Of a stretch of DNA of 64,000 nucleotides, positions 38,401 through 53,298 are shown in pieces. This stretch comes from Eledone cirrhosa (Eukaryota), in contig OZ024740.1 in the NCBI GenBank assembly GCA_964016885.1, positions 228,470,001-228,534,000 on the forward strand, given 5' to 3'. The notes beneath the pieces were generated by a model. The model did no database searches and was not told the DNA's origin. It saw nothing but the letters and a program-made list of their open reading frames with translations. Made by a program: the position numbers and the translations under genes. Numbering within the stretch: position 1 is the first letter of the stretch; every line of letters begins with the position of its first letter.

Positions 38401-41400
38401 ATGATAGTGACAATGACAGTGACGATGACAGTGACGATGACAGTGACGATGACAGTGACAATGACAGTGACAATGACAGTGACGATGACAGTGACAATGA
38501 CAGTGACGATGACAGTGACGATGACAGTGACAATGAGAGTGATAATGACAGTGACGATGACAGTGACGATGACAGTGACGATGACAGTGACGATGACAGT
38601 GACGATGACAGTGACGATGACAGTGACGATGACAGTGACGATGACAGTGACAATGAGAGTTTCGATGACAGTGACAATGACAGTGTCGATGACAGTGACG
38701 ATGACAGTGACGATGACAGTGACGATGACAGTGACGATGACAGTGTCGATGACAGTGACGATGACAGTGTCGATGACAGTGACGATGACAGTGACGATGA
38801 CAGTGACGATGACAGTGTCGATGACAGTGACGATGACAGTGACAATGACAGTGACAATGACAGTGACAATGACAGTGACAATGACAGTGACAATGACAGT
38901 GTCGATGACAGTGACGATGACAGTGACGATGACAGTGACGATGACAGTGTCGATGACAGTGACGATGACAGTGACGATGACAGTGACAATGACAGTGACA
39001 ATGACAGTGACGATGACAGTGTCGATGACAGTGACGATGACAGTGTCCATGACAGTGACGATGAGAGTGTCGATGACATTGACGATGACAGTGACAATGA
39101 CAGTGACGATGAGAGTGACAATGATAGTGACAATGACAGTGACGATGACAGTGACGATGACAGTGACGATGACAGTGTCGATGACAGTGACGATGACAGT
39201 GTCGATGACAGTGTCGATGACAGTGACGATGACAGAGACGATGACAGTGACGATGACAGTGACGATGACAGTGTCGATGACAGTGTCGATGACAGTGTCG
39301 ATGACAGTGTCGATGACAGTGACGATGACAGTGACAATGACAGTGACGATGACAGTGACAATGACAGTGACGATGACAGTGACGATGACAGTGTCGATGA
39401 CAGTGACGATGACAGTGACGATGACAGTGACGATGACAGTGACGATGACAGTGTCGATGACAGTGACGATGACAGTGTCGATGACAGTGTCGATGACAGT
39501 GTCGATGACAGTGACGATGACAGTGACGATGACAGTGACGATGACAGTGACGATGACAGTGTCGATGACAGTGACGATGACAGTGACGATGACAGTGACG
39601 ATAACAGTGACGATGTCAGTGACGATGACGGTGACGATGACAGTGACGATGACAGTGTCGATGACAGTGACGATGACAGTGACGATGACAGTGACAATGA
39701 CAGTGACGATGACAGTGTCGATGACAGTGACGATGACAGTGACGATGACAGTGACAATGACAGTGTCGATGACAGTGACAATGACAGTGACAATGACAGT
39801 GACGATGACAGTGACGATGACAGTGACGATGACAGTGACGATGACAGTGTCAATGACAGTGACGATGACAGTGATGATGACAGTGACAATGACAGTGACG
39901 ATGACAGTAACGATGACAGTGACGATGACAGTGACGATGACAGTGACAATGACAGTGACGATGACAGTAACGATGACAGTGTCAATGACAGTGACGATGA
40001 CAGTGATGATGACAGTGACGATGACAGTGACAATGACTGACGTTGACAGTGTCAATGACAGTGACGATGACAGTGACGATGACAGTGATGATGACAGTGA
40101 CGATGACAGTGACAATGACTGACGTTGACAGTGTCAATGACAGTGACGATGACAGTGACAATGACTGACGTTGACAGTGTCGATGACAGTGACGATGACA
40201 GTGACGATGACAGTGACGATGACAGTGTCGATGACAGTGACGATGACAGTGACGATGACAGTGACAATGACAGTGTCGATGACAGTGACGATGACAGTGA
40301 CAATGACAGTGTCGATGACAGTGACGATGACAGTGACGATGACAGTGACGATGACAGTGACAATGACTGACGTTGACAGTGTCAATGACAGTGACGATGA
40401 CAGTGACGATGACAGTGATGATGACAGTGACGATGACAGTGACAATGACTGACGTTGACAGTGTCAATGACAGTGACGATGACAGTGACGATGACAGTGA
40501 CGATGACAGTGACGATGACAGTGACAATGACTGACGTTGACAGTGTCAATGACAGTGACGATGACAGTGACAATGACAGTGTCGATGACAGTGACGATGA
40601 CAGTGACGATGACAGTGACGATGACAGTGACAATGACTGACGTTGACAGTGTCGATGACAGTGACGATGACAGTGACGATGACAGTGACGATGACAGTGA
40701 CGATGACAGTGACAATGACTGACATTGACAGTGTCGATGACAGTGACGATGACAGTGTCGATGACAGTGACGATGACAGTGACGATGACAGTGACAATGA
40801 CAGTGTCGATGACAGTGACGATGACAGTGACAATGACAGTGTCGATGACAGTGACGATGACAGTGACGATGACAGTGACGATGACAGTGACAATGACAGT
40901 GACAATGACAGTGACAATGACAGTGACAATGACAGTGACGATGACAGTGACGATGACAGTGTCGATGACAGTGACGATGACAGTGACAATGACAGTGACG
41001 ATGACAGTGTCGATGACAGTGTCGATGACAGTGACGATGACAGTGACGATGAGAGTGTCGATGACAGTGACGATGACAGTGACAATGACAGTGACGATGA
41101 CAGTGTCGATGACAGTGTCGATGACAGTGTCGATGACAGTGACGATGACAGTGACGATGACAGTGTCGATGACAGTGACGATGACAGTGACGATGACAGT
41201 GTCGATGACAGTGTCGATGACAGTGACGATGACAGTGACGATGAGAGTGTCGATGACAGTGACGATGACAGTGACAATGACAGTGACGATGAGAGTGTCG
41301 ATGACAGTGTCGATGACAGTGTCGATGACAGTGACGATGACAGTGACGATGACAGTGACAATGACAGTGACAATGACAGTGACAATGACAGTGACAATGA

Positions 41401-44400
41401 CAGTGACGATGACAGTGACGATGACAGTGTCGATGACAGTGACGATGACAGTGACGATGAGAGTGACAATGACAGTGACGATGACAGTGTCGATGACAGT
41501 GTCGATGACAGTGACGATGACAGTGACAATGACAGTGACGATGACAGTGTCGATGACAGTGTCGATGACAGTGACGATGACAGTGACGATGAGAGTGTCG
41601 ATGACAGTGACGATGACAGTGACAATGACAGTGACGATGAGAGTGACGATGACAGTGTCGATGACAGTGTCGATGACAGTGACGATGACAGTGTCGATGA
41701 CAGTGTCGATGACAGTGACGATGACAGAGACGATGACAGTGACGATGACAGTGTCGATGACAGTGTCGATGACAGTGTCGATGACAGTGTCGATGACAGT
41801 GTCGATGACAGTGTCGATGACAGTGTCGATGACAGTGACGATGACAGTGACGATGACAGTGACAATGACAATGACGATGACAGTGTCGATGACAGTGACA
41901 ATGACAGTGACGATGACAGTGTCGATGACAGTGACGATGACAGTGACAATGACAGTGACAATGACAGTGACGATGACAGTGTCGATGACAGTGTCGATGA
42001 CAGTGACGATGACAGTGACAATGACAGTGACGATGACAGTGTCGATGACAGTGTCGATGACAGTGACGATGACAGTGACAATGACAGTGACGATGACAGT
42101 GACAATGACAGTGTCGATGACAGTGACGATGACAGTGTCGATGACAGTGACGATGACAGTGACGATGACAGTGACGATGACAGTGTCGATGACAGTGTCG
42201 ATGACAGTGACGATGACAGTGTCGATGACAGTGTCGATGACAGTGACGATGACAGAGACGATGACAGTGACGATGACAGTGTCGATGACAGTGTCGATGA
42301 CAGTGTCGATGACAGTGTCGATGACAGTGTCGATGACAGTGTCGATGACAGTGTCGATGACAGTGACGATGACAGTGACGATGACAGTGACAATGACAAT
42401 GACGATGACAGTGTCGATGACAGTGACAATGACAGTGACGATGACAGTGTCGATGACAGTGACGATGACAGTGACAATGACAGTGACGATGACAGTGACA
42501 ATGACAGTGTCGATGACAGTGACAATGACAGTGACAATGACAGTGACGATGACAGTGTCGATGACAGTGACGATGACAGTGACGATGACAGTGACGATGA
42601 CAGTGACGATGTCAGTGACGATGACAGTGACAATGACAGTGACGATGACAGTGTCGATGACAGTGACGATGACAGTGACGATGACAGTGACAATGACAGT
42701 GACGATGACAGTGTCGATGACAGTGACGATGACAGTGACGATGACAGTGACGATGACAGTGACAATGACAGTGTCGATGACAGTGACGATGACAGTGACG
42801 ATGACAGTGACGATGACAGTGACGATGACAGTGACGATGACAGTGACTATGACAGTGACAATGACAGTGTCTATGACAGTGACGATGACAGTGACAATGA
42901 CAGTGTCGATGACAGTGACAATGACGGTGACAATGACGGTGACAGTGACAATGACAGTGACAATGACAGTGACGATGACAGTGACGATGACAGTGACGAT
43001 GACAGTGTCAATGACAGTGACGATGACAGTGATGATGACAGTGACAATGACAGTGACGATGACAGTAACGATGACAGTGTCAATGACAGTGACGATGACA
43101 GTGACGATGACAGTGACGATGACAGTGACAATGACAGTGACAATGACAGTGACAATGACAGTGACGATGACAGTAACGATGACAGTGTCAATGACAGTGA
43201 CGATGAGAGTGATGATGACAGTGACGATGACAGTGACAATGACTGACGTTGACAGTGTCAATGACAGTGACGATGACGGTGACAATGACTGACGTTGACA
43301 GTGTCGATGACAGTGACGATGACAGTGACGATGACAGTGACGATGACAGTGACAATGACTGACATTGACAGTGTCGATGACAGTGACGATGACAGTGTCG
43401 ATGACAGTGACGATGACAGTGACAATGACAGTGTCGATGACAGTGACAATGACAGTGTCGATGACAGTGACGATGACAGTGACGATGACAGTGACAATGA
43501 CAGTGACAATGACAGTGACAATGACTGTGTCGATGACAGTGACGATGACAGTGACGATGACAGTGACAATGACAGTGACAATGACAGTGACAATGACAGT
43601 GACAATGACAGTGTCGATGACAGTGACGATGACAGTGACGATGACAGTGACAATGACAGCGTCCATGACAGTGACGATGACAGTGACAATGACAGTGACA
43701 ATGACAGTGACAATGACAGTGACAATGACAGTGACAATGAGAGTTTCGATGACAGTGACAATGACAGTGACAATGATAGTGACAATGACAGTGTCGATGA
43801 CAGTGACGATGACAGTGACGATGACACTGACAATGACAGTGACAATGACAGTAACAATGACAGTGTCGATGACAGTGACGATGACAGTGACGATGACAGT
43901 GACGATGACAGTGACAATGACAGTGACAATGACAGTGTCGATGACAGTGACGATGACAGTGACGATGACAGTGACGATGACAGTGACAATGACAGTGTCC
44001 ATGACAGTGACGATGACAGTGACAATGACTGACGTTGACAGTGTCAATGACAGTGACGATGACAGTGACAATGACTGACGTTGACAGTGTCGATGACAGT
44101 GACGATGACAGTGACGATGACAGTGACGATGACAGTGACAATGACTGACATTGACAGTGTCGATGACAGTGACGATGACAGTGTCGATGACAGTGACGAT
44201 GACAGTGACGATGACAGTGACAATGACAGTGTCGATGACAGTGACGATGACAGTGACAATGACAGTGTCGATGACAGTGACGATGACAGTGACGATGACA
44301 GTGACGATGACAGTGACAATGACAGTGACAATGACAGTGACAATGACAGTGACAATGACAGTGACGATGACAGTGACGATGACAGTGACGATGACAGTGA

Positions 44401-47400
44401 CGATGACAGTGACAATGACAGTGACAATGACAGTGACAATGACAGTGACGATGACAGTGACGATGACAGTGACGATGACAGTGACGATGACAGTGACGAT
44501 GAGAGTGACAATGACAGTGACGATGACAGTGTCGATGACAGTGACGATGACAGTGACGATGACAGTGACGATGAGAGTGACGATGACAGTGACAATGACA
44601 GTGTCTATGACAGTGACGATGACAGTGACGATGACAGTGACGATGAGAGTGTCGATGACAGTGACGATGACAGTGACAATGACAGTGACGATGACAGTGA
44701 CGATGAGAGTGTCGATGACAGTGACGATGACAGTGACGATGACAGTGACAATGACAGTGACGATGACAGTGTCGATGACAGTGTCGATGACAGTGACGAT
44801 GACAGTGACAATGACAGTGACGATGACAGTGACGATGAGAGTGTCGATGACAGTGACGATGACAGTGACAATGACAGTGACGATGAGAGTGACGATGACA
44901 GTGTCGATGACAGTGTCGATGACAGTGACGATGACAGTGTCGATGACAGTGTCGATGACAGTGACGATGACAGAGACGATGACAGTGACGATGACAGTGT
45001 CGATGACAGTGTCGATGACAGTGTCGATGACAGTGACGATGACAGTGACGATGACAGTGACGATGACAGTGTCGATGACAGTGACAATGACAGTGACAAT
45101 GACAGTGACGATGACAGTGTCGATGACAGTGACGATGACAGTGACAATGACAGTGACAATGACAGTGACGATGACAGTGTCGATGACAGTGTCGATGACA
45201 GTGACGATGACAGTGACAATGACAGTGACGATGACAGTGTCGATGACAGTGTCGATGACAGTGACGATGACAGTGACAATGACAGTGACGATGACAGTGA
45301 CGATGACAGTGTCGATGACAGTGACGATGACAGTGTCGATGACAGTGACGATGACAGTGTCGATGACAGTGACAATGACAGTGACGATGACAGTAACGAT
45401 GACAGTGTCAATGACAGTGACGATGAGAGTGATGATGACAGTGACGATGACAGTGACGATGACAGTGACAATGACTGACGTTGACAGTGTCAATGACAGT
45501 GACGATGACAGTGACAATGACTGACGTTGACAGTGTCGATGACAGTGACGATGACAGTGACGATGACAGTGACGATGACAGTGACAATGACTGACATTGA
45601 CAGTGTCGATGACAGTGACGATGACAGTGTCGATGACAGTGACGATGACAGTGACGATGACAGTGACAATGACAGTGTCGATGACAGTGACAATGACAGT
45701 GACGATGACAGTGACGATGACAGTGACAATGACAGTGACAATGACAGTGACAATGACAGTGTCGATGACAGTGACGATGACAGTGACGATGACAGTGACA
45801 ATGACAGTGACAATGACAGTGTCGATGACAGTGACGATGACAGTGACGATGACAGTGACAATGACAGTGACAATGACAGTGACAATGACAGTGTCGATGA
45901 CAGTGACGATGACAGTGACGATGACAGTGACGATGACAGTGACAATGACAGCGTCCATGACAGTGACGATGACAGTGACAATGACAGTGACAATGACAGT
46001 GACAATGACAGTGACAATGACAGTGACAATGACAGTGACAATGAGAGTTTCGATGACAGTGACAATGACAGTGACAATGATAGTGACAATGACAGTGTCG
46101 ATGACAGTGACGATGACAGTGACGATGACAGTGACAATGACAGTGACAATGACAGTAACAATGACAGTGTCGATGACAGTGTCGATGACAGTGACGATGA
46201 CAGTGACGATGACAGTGACAATGACAGTGACGATGACAGTGACGATGACAGTGACGATGACAGTGACGATGACAGTGACAATGACAGTGTCCATGACAGT
46301 GACGATGACAGTGACAATGACAGTGACAATGACAGTGAAAATGACAGTGACAAAGAGAGTTTCGATGACAGTGACAATGACAGTGTCCATGACAGTGACA
46401 ATGACAGTGAAAATGAGAGTGTCGATGGCAGTGACAATGACAGTGAAAATGACAGTGTCCATGACAGTGACAATGACAGTGACAATGACAGTGAAAATGA
46501 GAGTGTCGATGGCAGTGACAATGACAGTGACAATGACATTGACGATGACAGTGACGATGACAGTGACAATGACAGTGTCGATGACAGTGACGATGACAGT
46601 AACAATGACAGTGTCGTTGACAGTGACGATGACAGTGACAATGACAGTGACAATGACAGTGACGATGACAGTGACGATGACAGTGACAATGACAGTGACA
46701 ATGACAGTGACGATGACAGTGACGATGACAGTGACGATGACAGTGACAATGACAGTGACAATGACAGTGTCGATGACAGTGACGATGACAGTGACGATGA
46801 CAGTGACAATGACAGTGACAATGACAGTGTCTATGACAGTGACGATGACAGTGACGATGACAGTGACAATGACAGTGACGATGACAGTGACAATGACAGT
46901 GACGATGACAGTGACAATGACAGTGACAATGATAGTGACAATGACAGTGACGATGACAGTGTCGATGACAGTGACAATGACGGTGACAATGACAGTGACA
47001 ATGACAGTGACAATGACAGTGACAATGACAGTGAGAATGACAGTGACGATGACAGTGACAATGACAGTGTCGATGATAGTGACAATGACGGTGACAATGA
47101 CAGTGACAATGACAGTGACAATGACAGTGACAATGACAGTGTCTATGACAGTGACGATGACAGTGACGATAACAGTGACAATGACAGTGACAATGACAGT
47201 GACAATGACAGTGACGATGACAGTGACAATGACAGTGACAATGACAGTGTCGATGACAGTGACGATGACAGTGACGATGACAGTGACAATGACAGTGACA
47301 ATGACAGTGACGATGACAGTGTCTATGACAGTGACAATGACAGTGACGATGACAGTGACAATGACAGTGTCGATGACAGTGACAATGACAGTGACGATGA

Positions 47401-50010
47401 CAGTGACAATGACAGTGACAATGACAGTGACAATGACAGTGACGATGACAGTGACGATGACAGTGACAATGACAGTGACAATGACAGTGACAATGACAGT
47501 GACAATGACAGTGACGATGACAGTGACAATGACAGTGACAATGACAGTGACGATGACAGTGACGATGACAGTGACGATGACAGTGACAATGACAGTGACG
47601 ATGACAGTGACAATGACAGTGACGATGACAGTGACAATGACAGTGACAATGACAGTGACAATGACAGTGACGATGACAGTGACAGTGACAATGACGGTGA
47701 CAGTGACAATGACAGTGACAATGACAGTGACGATGACAGTGACGATGACAGTGACGATGACAGTGACAATGACAGTGTCTATGACAGTGACGATGACAGT
47801 GACAATGACAGTGTCTATGACAGTGACAATGACAGTGACAATGACAGTGACAATGACAGTGACAATGACGGTGACAATGACGGTGACAGTGACAATGACA
47901 GTGACGATGACAGTGACGATGACAGTGACGATGACAGTGACAATGACAGTGTCTATGACAGTGACGATGACAGTGACAATGACAGTGACAATGACAGTGA
48001 CAGTGACAATGACAGTGACGATGACAGTGACAATGACAGTGACGATGACAGTGACGATGACAGTGACAATGACAGTGACAATGACAGTGACGATGACAGT
48101 GACGATGACAGTGACAATGACAGTGACAGTGACGATGACAGTGACAATGACAGTGTCGATGACAGTGACGATGACAGTGACGATGACAGTGACGATGACA
48201 GTGACAATGACAGTGACGATGACAGTGACAATGACTGACGTTGACAGTGTCGATGACAGTGACGATGGCAGTGACGATGACAGTGACAATGACAGTGACG
48301 ATGACAGTGACAATGACAGTGACAATGACAGTGTCGATGACAGTGACGATGACAGTGACAATGACAGTGACAATGACAGTGACAATGACAGTGACAATGA
48401 CAGTGACAATGACAGTGACGATGACAGTGACAATGACAGTGACAATGACAGTGACAATGACAGTGACAATGACAGTGACGATGACAGTGACAATGACAGT
48501 GACAATGACAGTGTCGATGACAGTGACAATGACAGTGACAATGACAGTGACGATGACAGTGACAATGACAGTGACGATGACAGTGTCGATGACAGTGACA
48601 ATGACAGTGACAATGACAGTGACGATGACAGTGACAATGACAGTGACGATGACAGTGACAATGACAGTGACAATGACAGTGACAATGACAGTGACAATGA
48701 CAGTGACAATGACAGTGTCGATGACAGTGACAATGACAGTGACAATGACAGTGACGATGACAGTGACAATGACAGTGACAATGACAGTGACGATGACAGT
48801 GACGATGACAGTGTCGATGACAGTGACAATGACAGTGACGATGACAGTGACAATGACAGTGACAATGACAGTGACAATGACAGTGACAATGACAGTGACG
48901 ATAACAGTGACGATGACAGTGACAATGACAGTGACGATGACAGTGTCTATGACAGTGTCAATGACAGTGACAATGACAGTGACGATGACAGTGACAATGA
49001 CAGTGACAATGACAGTGTCGATGACAGTGACAATGACAGTGACAATGACAGTGACAATGACAGTGACGATGACAGTGACAATGACAGTGACAATGACAGT
49101 GACAATGACAGTGTCGATGACAGTGACAATGACAGTGTCGATGACAGTGACAATGACAGTGACAATGACAGTGACAATGACAGTGTCAATGACAGTGACA
49201 ATGACAGTGACAATGACAGTGACGATGACAATGACGATGACAGTGACGATGACAGTGACAATGACAGTGTCTATGACAGTGACGATGACAGTGACGATGA
49301 CAGTGACGATGACAATGACGATGACAGTGACGATGACAGTGACGATGACAGTGACGATGACAGTGACAATGACAGTGACAATGACAGTGACGATGACAGT
49401 GACGATGACAGTGACAATGACAGTGACGATGACAGTGACAATGACAGTGTCGATGACAGTGACAATGACAGTGACAATGACAGTGACAATGACAGTGACA
49501 ATGACAGTGACGATGTCAGTGACGATGACAGTGTCGATGACAGTGACAATGACAGTGTCGATTACAGTGACAATGACAGTGACGATGACAGTGACAATGA
49601 CAGTGACGATGACAGTGACGATGACAGTGACGATGACAGTGACGATGACAGTGACAATGACAGTGTCGATGACAGTGTCTATGACAGTGACAGTGACGAT
49701 GACAGTGACAATGACAGTGACAATGACAGTGACAATGACAGTGACGATGACAGTGACAATGACAGTGACAATGACAGTGACGATGACAGTGTCGATGACA
49801 GTGACAGTGACGATGACAGTGACAATGACAGTGACAATGACAGTGACAATGACAGTGTCGATGACAGTGTCTATGACAGTGACAGTGACGATGACAGTGA
49901 CAATGACAGTGACAATGACAGTGACGATGACAGTGACGATGACAGTGACGATGACAGTGACGATGACAGTGTCGATAACAGTGACCATGACAGTGATGTA
50001 GATGACAGTG
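35493..50010. repeat. 12-bp satellite (GACAGTGACGAT)n, ~14.5 kb, ~1200 units, with higher-order structure
   Basis: Units GACAGT-G(A/T)C-(G/A/T)AT. Twenty 10-bp phase-shifting variants GACTGAC(G/A)TT. Confidence 0.98.
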
Positions 50011-50270
50011 ATGATAATGATGATGGTCAGGACAACAACAATGATGATGATGATGATGACATTTGTGATGAAAGTGACGACGATGATAATGATGACATTG
50101 CTGATGACGAGGGGCAGGTTGATGATGGTAATGATGATGATAACACTGGTGACGTTGATGAGGATGTTGGTGATGAAGGGGACAATGGTAATGATGATGG
50201 CGGCGATAGAAACGTCATACAAAAGGCTTCGTTCTTAAGTCCATCTTAGTTGATGCGCACATGTGACTCT

Positions 50271-50506
50271 GTGTGGATTGGCAGTATCGCTGGAGGGTCG
50301 GACGCCATGCTTTCCAGCATAGTTACGTCCCTTTACGATCTGGGAGGGTCGGACACCATGCTTTGCTGCATAGTTACGTCCCTTTATGGTCTGAGTTCAA
50401 ATCCCGTCGAGGTTGACTTTGCCTTTCATCCTTACGGGGTCGATAAAATAAAGTACCAGTAATGTACTGGGTAATTGCTGGCCTTGTGCCTAAAGTAGAA
50501 ACAATT
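50271..50506 (+). mobile_element. tRNA-derived SINE with an internal ~50-bp tandem duplication
   Basis: GGAGGGTCGGAC.CCATGCTTT...CATAGTTACGTCCCTTTA occurs twice. B-box GAGTTCAAATCCC. Tail nearly identical to the 26.0 kb copy. Confidence 0.85.
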
Positions 50507-50528
50507 AAGTTAGTAACTAAACACATAC

Positions 50529-50591
50529 TTCTGAACAGCTTATTGTTAGTAACACCTGAGAATATATTTTGAAGTATACAACGAGATTTCT
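50529..50591 (-). CDS. Candidate small internal exon
   Basis: Minus-strand TTTCCAACAG (or internal TTCTCAG) acceptor and GTATGT donor. Open readings NLVVYFKIYSQVLLTISCSE or KSRCILQNIFSGVTNNKLFR. Confidence 0.25.
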
Positions 50592-50699
50592 GTTGGAAAT
50601 TAGTATTTCAATTGAATGTGATTTGGATTATATTCTGCATATAAATGAAGTTATGCTTTCTACAAGAAGGACATGATGTCCCCTTTGGTTAACAGGTCA

Positions 50700-50882
50700 A
50701 TATCCAACGATATCAATATGAAAATTATTATAAGCTAGACTGGTTTCTTTCGGGGATCCAGCTGGTATAATTGGAGACAGTTGCTTCTGACAGGAGCATC
50801 TGGAAAGCATGTTTACAGTCCCTTCTCCCACGACCCTCACAGGTGGCGTCGAAGAAGTAAGTAAGTAAGTAAGTAAGTAAGT
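50700..50882 (+). mobile_element. RTE-clade LINE 3' remnant with (GTAA)n tail
   Basis: Translates LETVASDRSIWKACLQSLLPRPSQ, an RTE-type ORF C-terminus. Confidence 0.7.
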
Positions 50883-50910
50883 ATGTATGTATGTAGGTAT
50901 GTATGTAAGT

Positions 50911-51390
50911 AAGGGCAAAGAAGTTCTTAAGAGTCAATGGCCATCCAAAATCACTGGGAGAGATGACCCCTTAGCTTTTGTCAAGGCAGAATTCTAGGAG
51001 AAGGAAAACTCTGATGTAACACCTGCAGCTCTGATGGTATCCAATGATGTTGACTTATTCTTCTTTTTGGTAAATATCAACTTGGTTAAGAGAGTGGGAC
51101 TGGCTTTGTGCAGTGCCTTTGCTCACTATAAAAGCTTCACGGCACAGGCATTGCTTTATATCTGGAGATCTCTCTGCACTTGTCGTCACATGGTACCATG
51201 GGCCCAGCACTATGTATCAATAATTGTCACAGGTGTAGTGTTTGTACCAGAGTTTTCAAGTCGCTGGCTGGACTAAAAAGTCACACTTGTTCAGCACATT
51301 GGTAGGGGTTCTCCTACATGGATATAAAGTAGTGGCCGTACTCGAAAACGAGTTGGCAGCCACCATGTAGGTATGTATGTATGTATGTAT
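50911..51390 (+). mobile_element. RTE-derived non-autonomous element, 5'-truncated copy with (TATG)n tail
   Basis: Closely similar to 52398-52895. Confidence 0.8.
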
Positions 51391-52033
51391 GTTCTTCTGG
51401 TTTTATAATTTCATAAATTTTTGCCAATTGAGAGAGTCGGTTTCTAACATAGTTACAAGACTCTCTCATTGGAATTTACACAACATCAACTAGGTAGATA
51501 TGTATGCATGTGCAGGTATGGATGTTATTGTATGAGTGGATGTGTATGTTTTGAATCGTATGTGTGCATGTGTATATGCTTTGTATCTGTACAAGTGTAC
51601 ACCCGTTTGTAAAATAAGTTGGATTACTTTGAATAAATAATGAATGAATATTACATAATTTATCTACTAAATTTCGTTATTCTTGATTAAATATAAATAA
51701 TTTTGTGGCTTATTATAAGATTCACTTCTTTAAAACTTTCAAATGTCAACACTTCCGGTTAGCGATCGCTTAAATAAACATTCATATATTTCCGTCACTA
51801 ATTTTCTCCTAATGTAGTTTATATATAATATCGTCTTATTTTAATGTATCATGGATTACGTTACTCATTACATAAGACAATGTAACGCAGTCTTCGTTCA
51901 GTTTCTGTGTATATTGTCAATTATGATTTTATTTGATGTGTCATATCTACATGCATATATACTTGCGTATAATATCAATATACACACTACACATGCTAGC
52001 AGAAAACCACCCAAGGGTGGTTTTACTGCTAGT

Positions 52034-52204
52034 ATTTTTAATGTTCCATTAATGGATTGTACTTGTAATTTCCTAATTAGTCGTGTTCTTTCAGTTTCTG
52101 TGAAGCCCAGCTTCTCAAGATTTGTATTGAGGCAGTTACTAACATATCCCAGTGCCCCAATAATCACAGGCATAAATCTGAAGGTATATTCAGGGTGGAG
52201 TATC
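52034..52204 (-). mobile_element. Remnant of an RLE-type (R4/Dong-like) non-LTR retrotransposon C-terminus
   Basis: ILHPEYTFRFMPVIIGALGYVSNCLNTNLEKLGF...LQVQSINGTLKI matches the PxxIGALG..L..LG..LQ...GT..I end of restriction-like-endonuclease LINEs. Confidence 0.75.
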
Positions 52205-52243
52205 CTATGTATGTATGTATATATGTATGTATGTATTTTATAT

Positions 52244-52888
52244 GTCAGGTCACCAGTTGGTGCTACTGGTAACATGTATCCCAGTATAACCTGTCTCATG
52301 ATCGGGTCGTTTGCGACTAAACTGGCAACCCCACCAAGGTTTCTTGGTGAGGATGGTGACTTTGGACATCCTGCAGGACTAAAAACAAAACCTGTCAAAG
52401 GGCAAAGGAGCTCTTAAGAGTCAATGGCCATCCAAAATCACTGGGAGAGATGACCCCTTAGCCTTTGTCAAGGCAGAATTCTAGGAGAAGGAAAACTCTG
52501 CTATAACACCTGCAACCCTGATGGTATCCAATGATGTTGACTTGTTCTTCTTTTTGGTACATATCATCTTGGTTAAGAGAGTGGGACTGGCTTTGTGCAG
52601 TGCCTTTGCTCACCATAAAAGCTTCACGGCACAGGCATTGCTTTATATCTGGAGATCTCTCTGCACTTGTCATCACATGGTACCATGGGCCCAGCACTAT
52701 GTGTCAATAATTGTCACAAGTGTAGTGTTTGTACCAGAGTTTTCAAGTCGCTGGCTGGACTAAAAAGTCACACTTGTTCAGTGCATCGGTAGGGGTTCTC
52801 CTACATGGATATAAAGTAGTGGGCGTACTCGAAAACGAGTTGGCAGCCACTATGTATGTATGTATGTATGTATGTATGTATGTATGTA

Positions 52889-52895
<7 letters not shown>
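52244..52895 (+). mobile_element. RTE-derived bipartite non-autonomous retroelement (~600 bp plus (TATG)n tail)
   Basis: RTE 5'-UTR-like motif CTAGGAGAAGGAAAACTCTG (52481-52500) joined to a C2H2 ORF end HKCSVCTRVFKSLAGLKSHTCSVHR* (52715-52792) and a short 3' UTR. Confidence 0.7.
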
Positions 52896-52942
<47 letters not shown>

Positions 52943-53298
52943 CTTTTGCGCGTTCGTCTGTGTGTGTCTGTCACCATGAGTTGTATACATCTGTGTAACT
53001 ATCTGTTTTGATACGTGTTTGTGTTTGTTTATGCATGCGTGCACTTCTTTCTATTAATGGCTGGCAATTATTTAGTTTTGAGTGTTCCAAACCATGAAAT
53101 GTATTGAAGGTTATTTTAGGCAAAAAGGCTTCTTTTTAAGAGTACATTTGTCGAAATATTTGGACAGTTTTTACTAAATTTTAGGAACGTACAAACTGAA
53201 ATATCAAATCAGAATTATTGAGGTGTATAGATAAATGATTATGGATATCAATAATATGGCTGGGGTAAAGTAACTTTTGCCTCATAAATACTATAGTG

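Noticed and set aside
34786-50222. Giant VIVT, SLSS, HCHR and MTVT ORFs (up to 2847 aa)
   Set aside because: They are translations of the 12-bp satellite, with no unique domains and multiple overlapping frames. The apparent synonymous bias coincides with the mutable CpG position.
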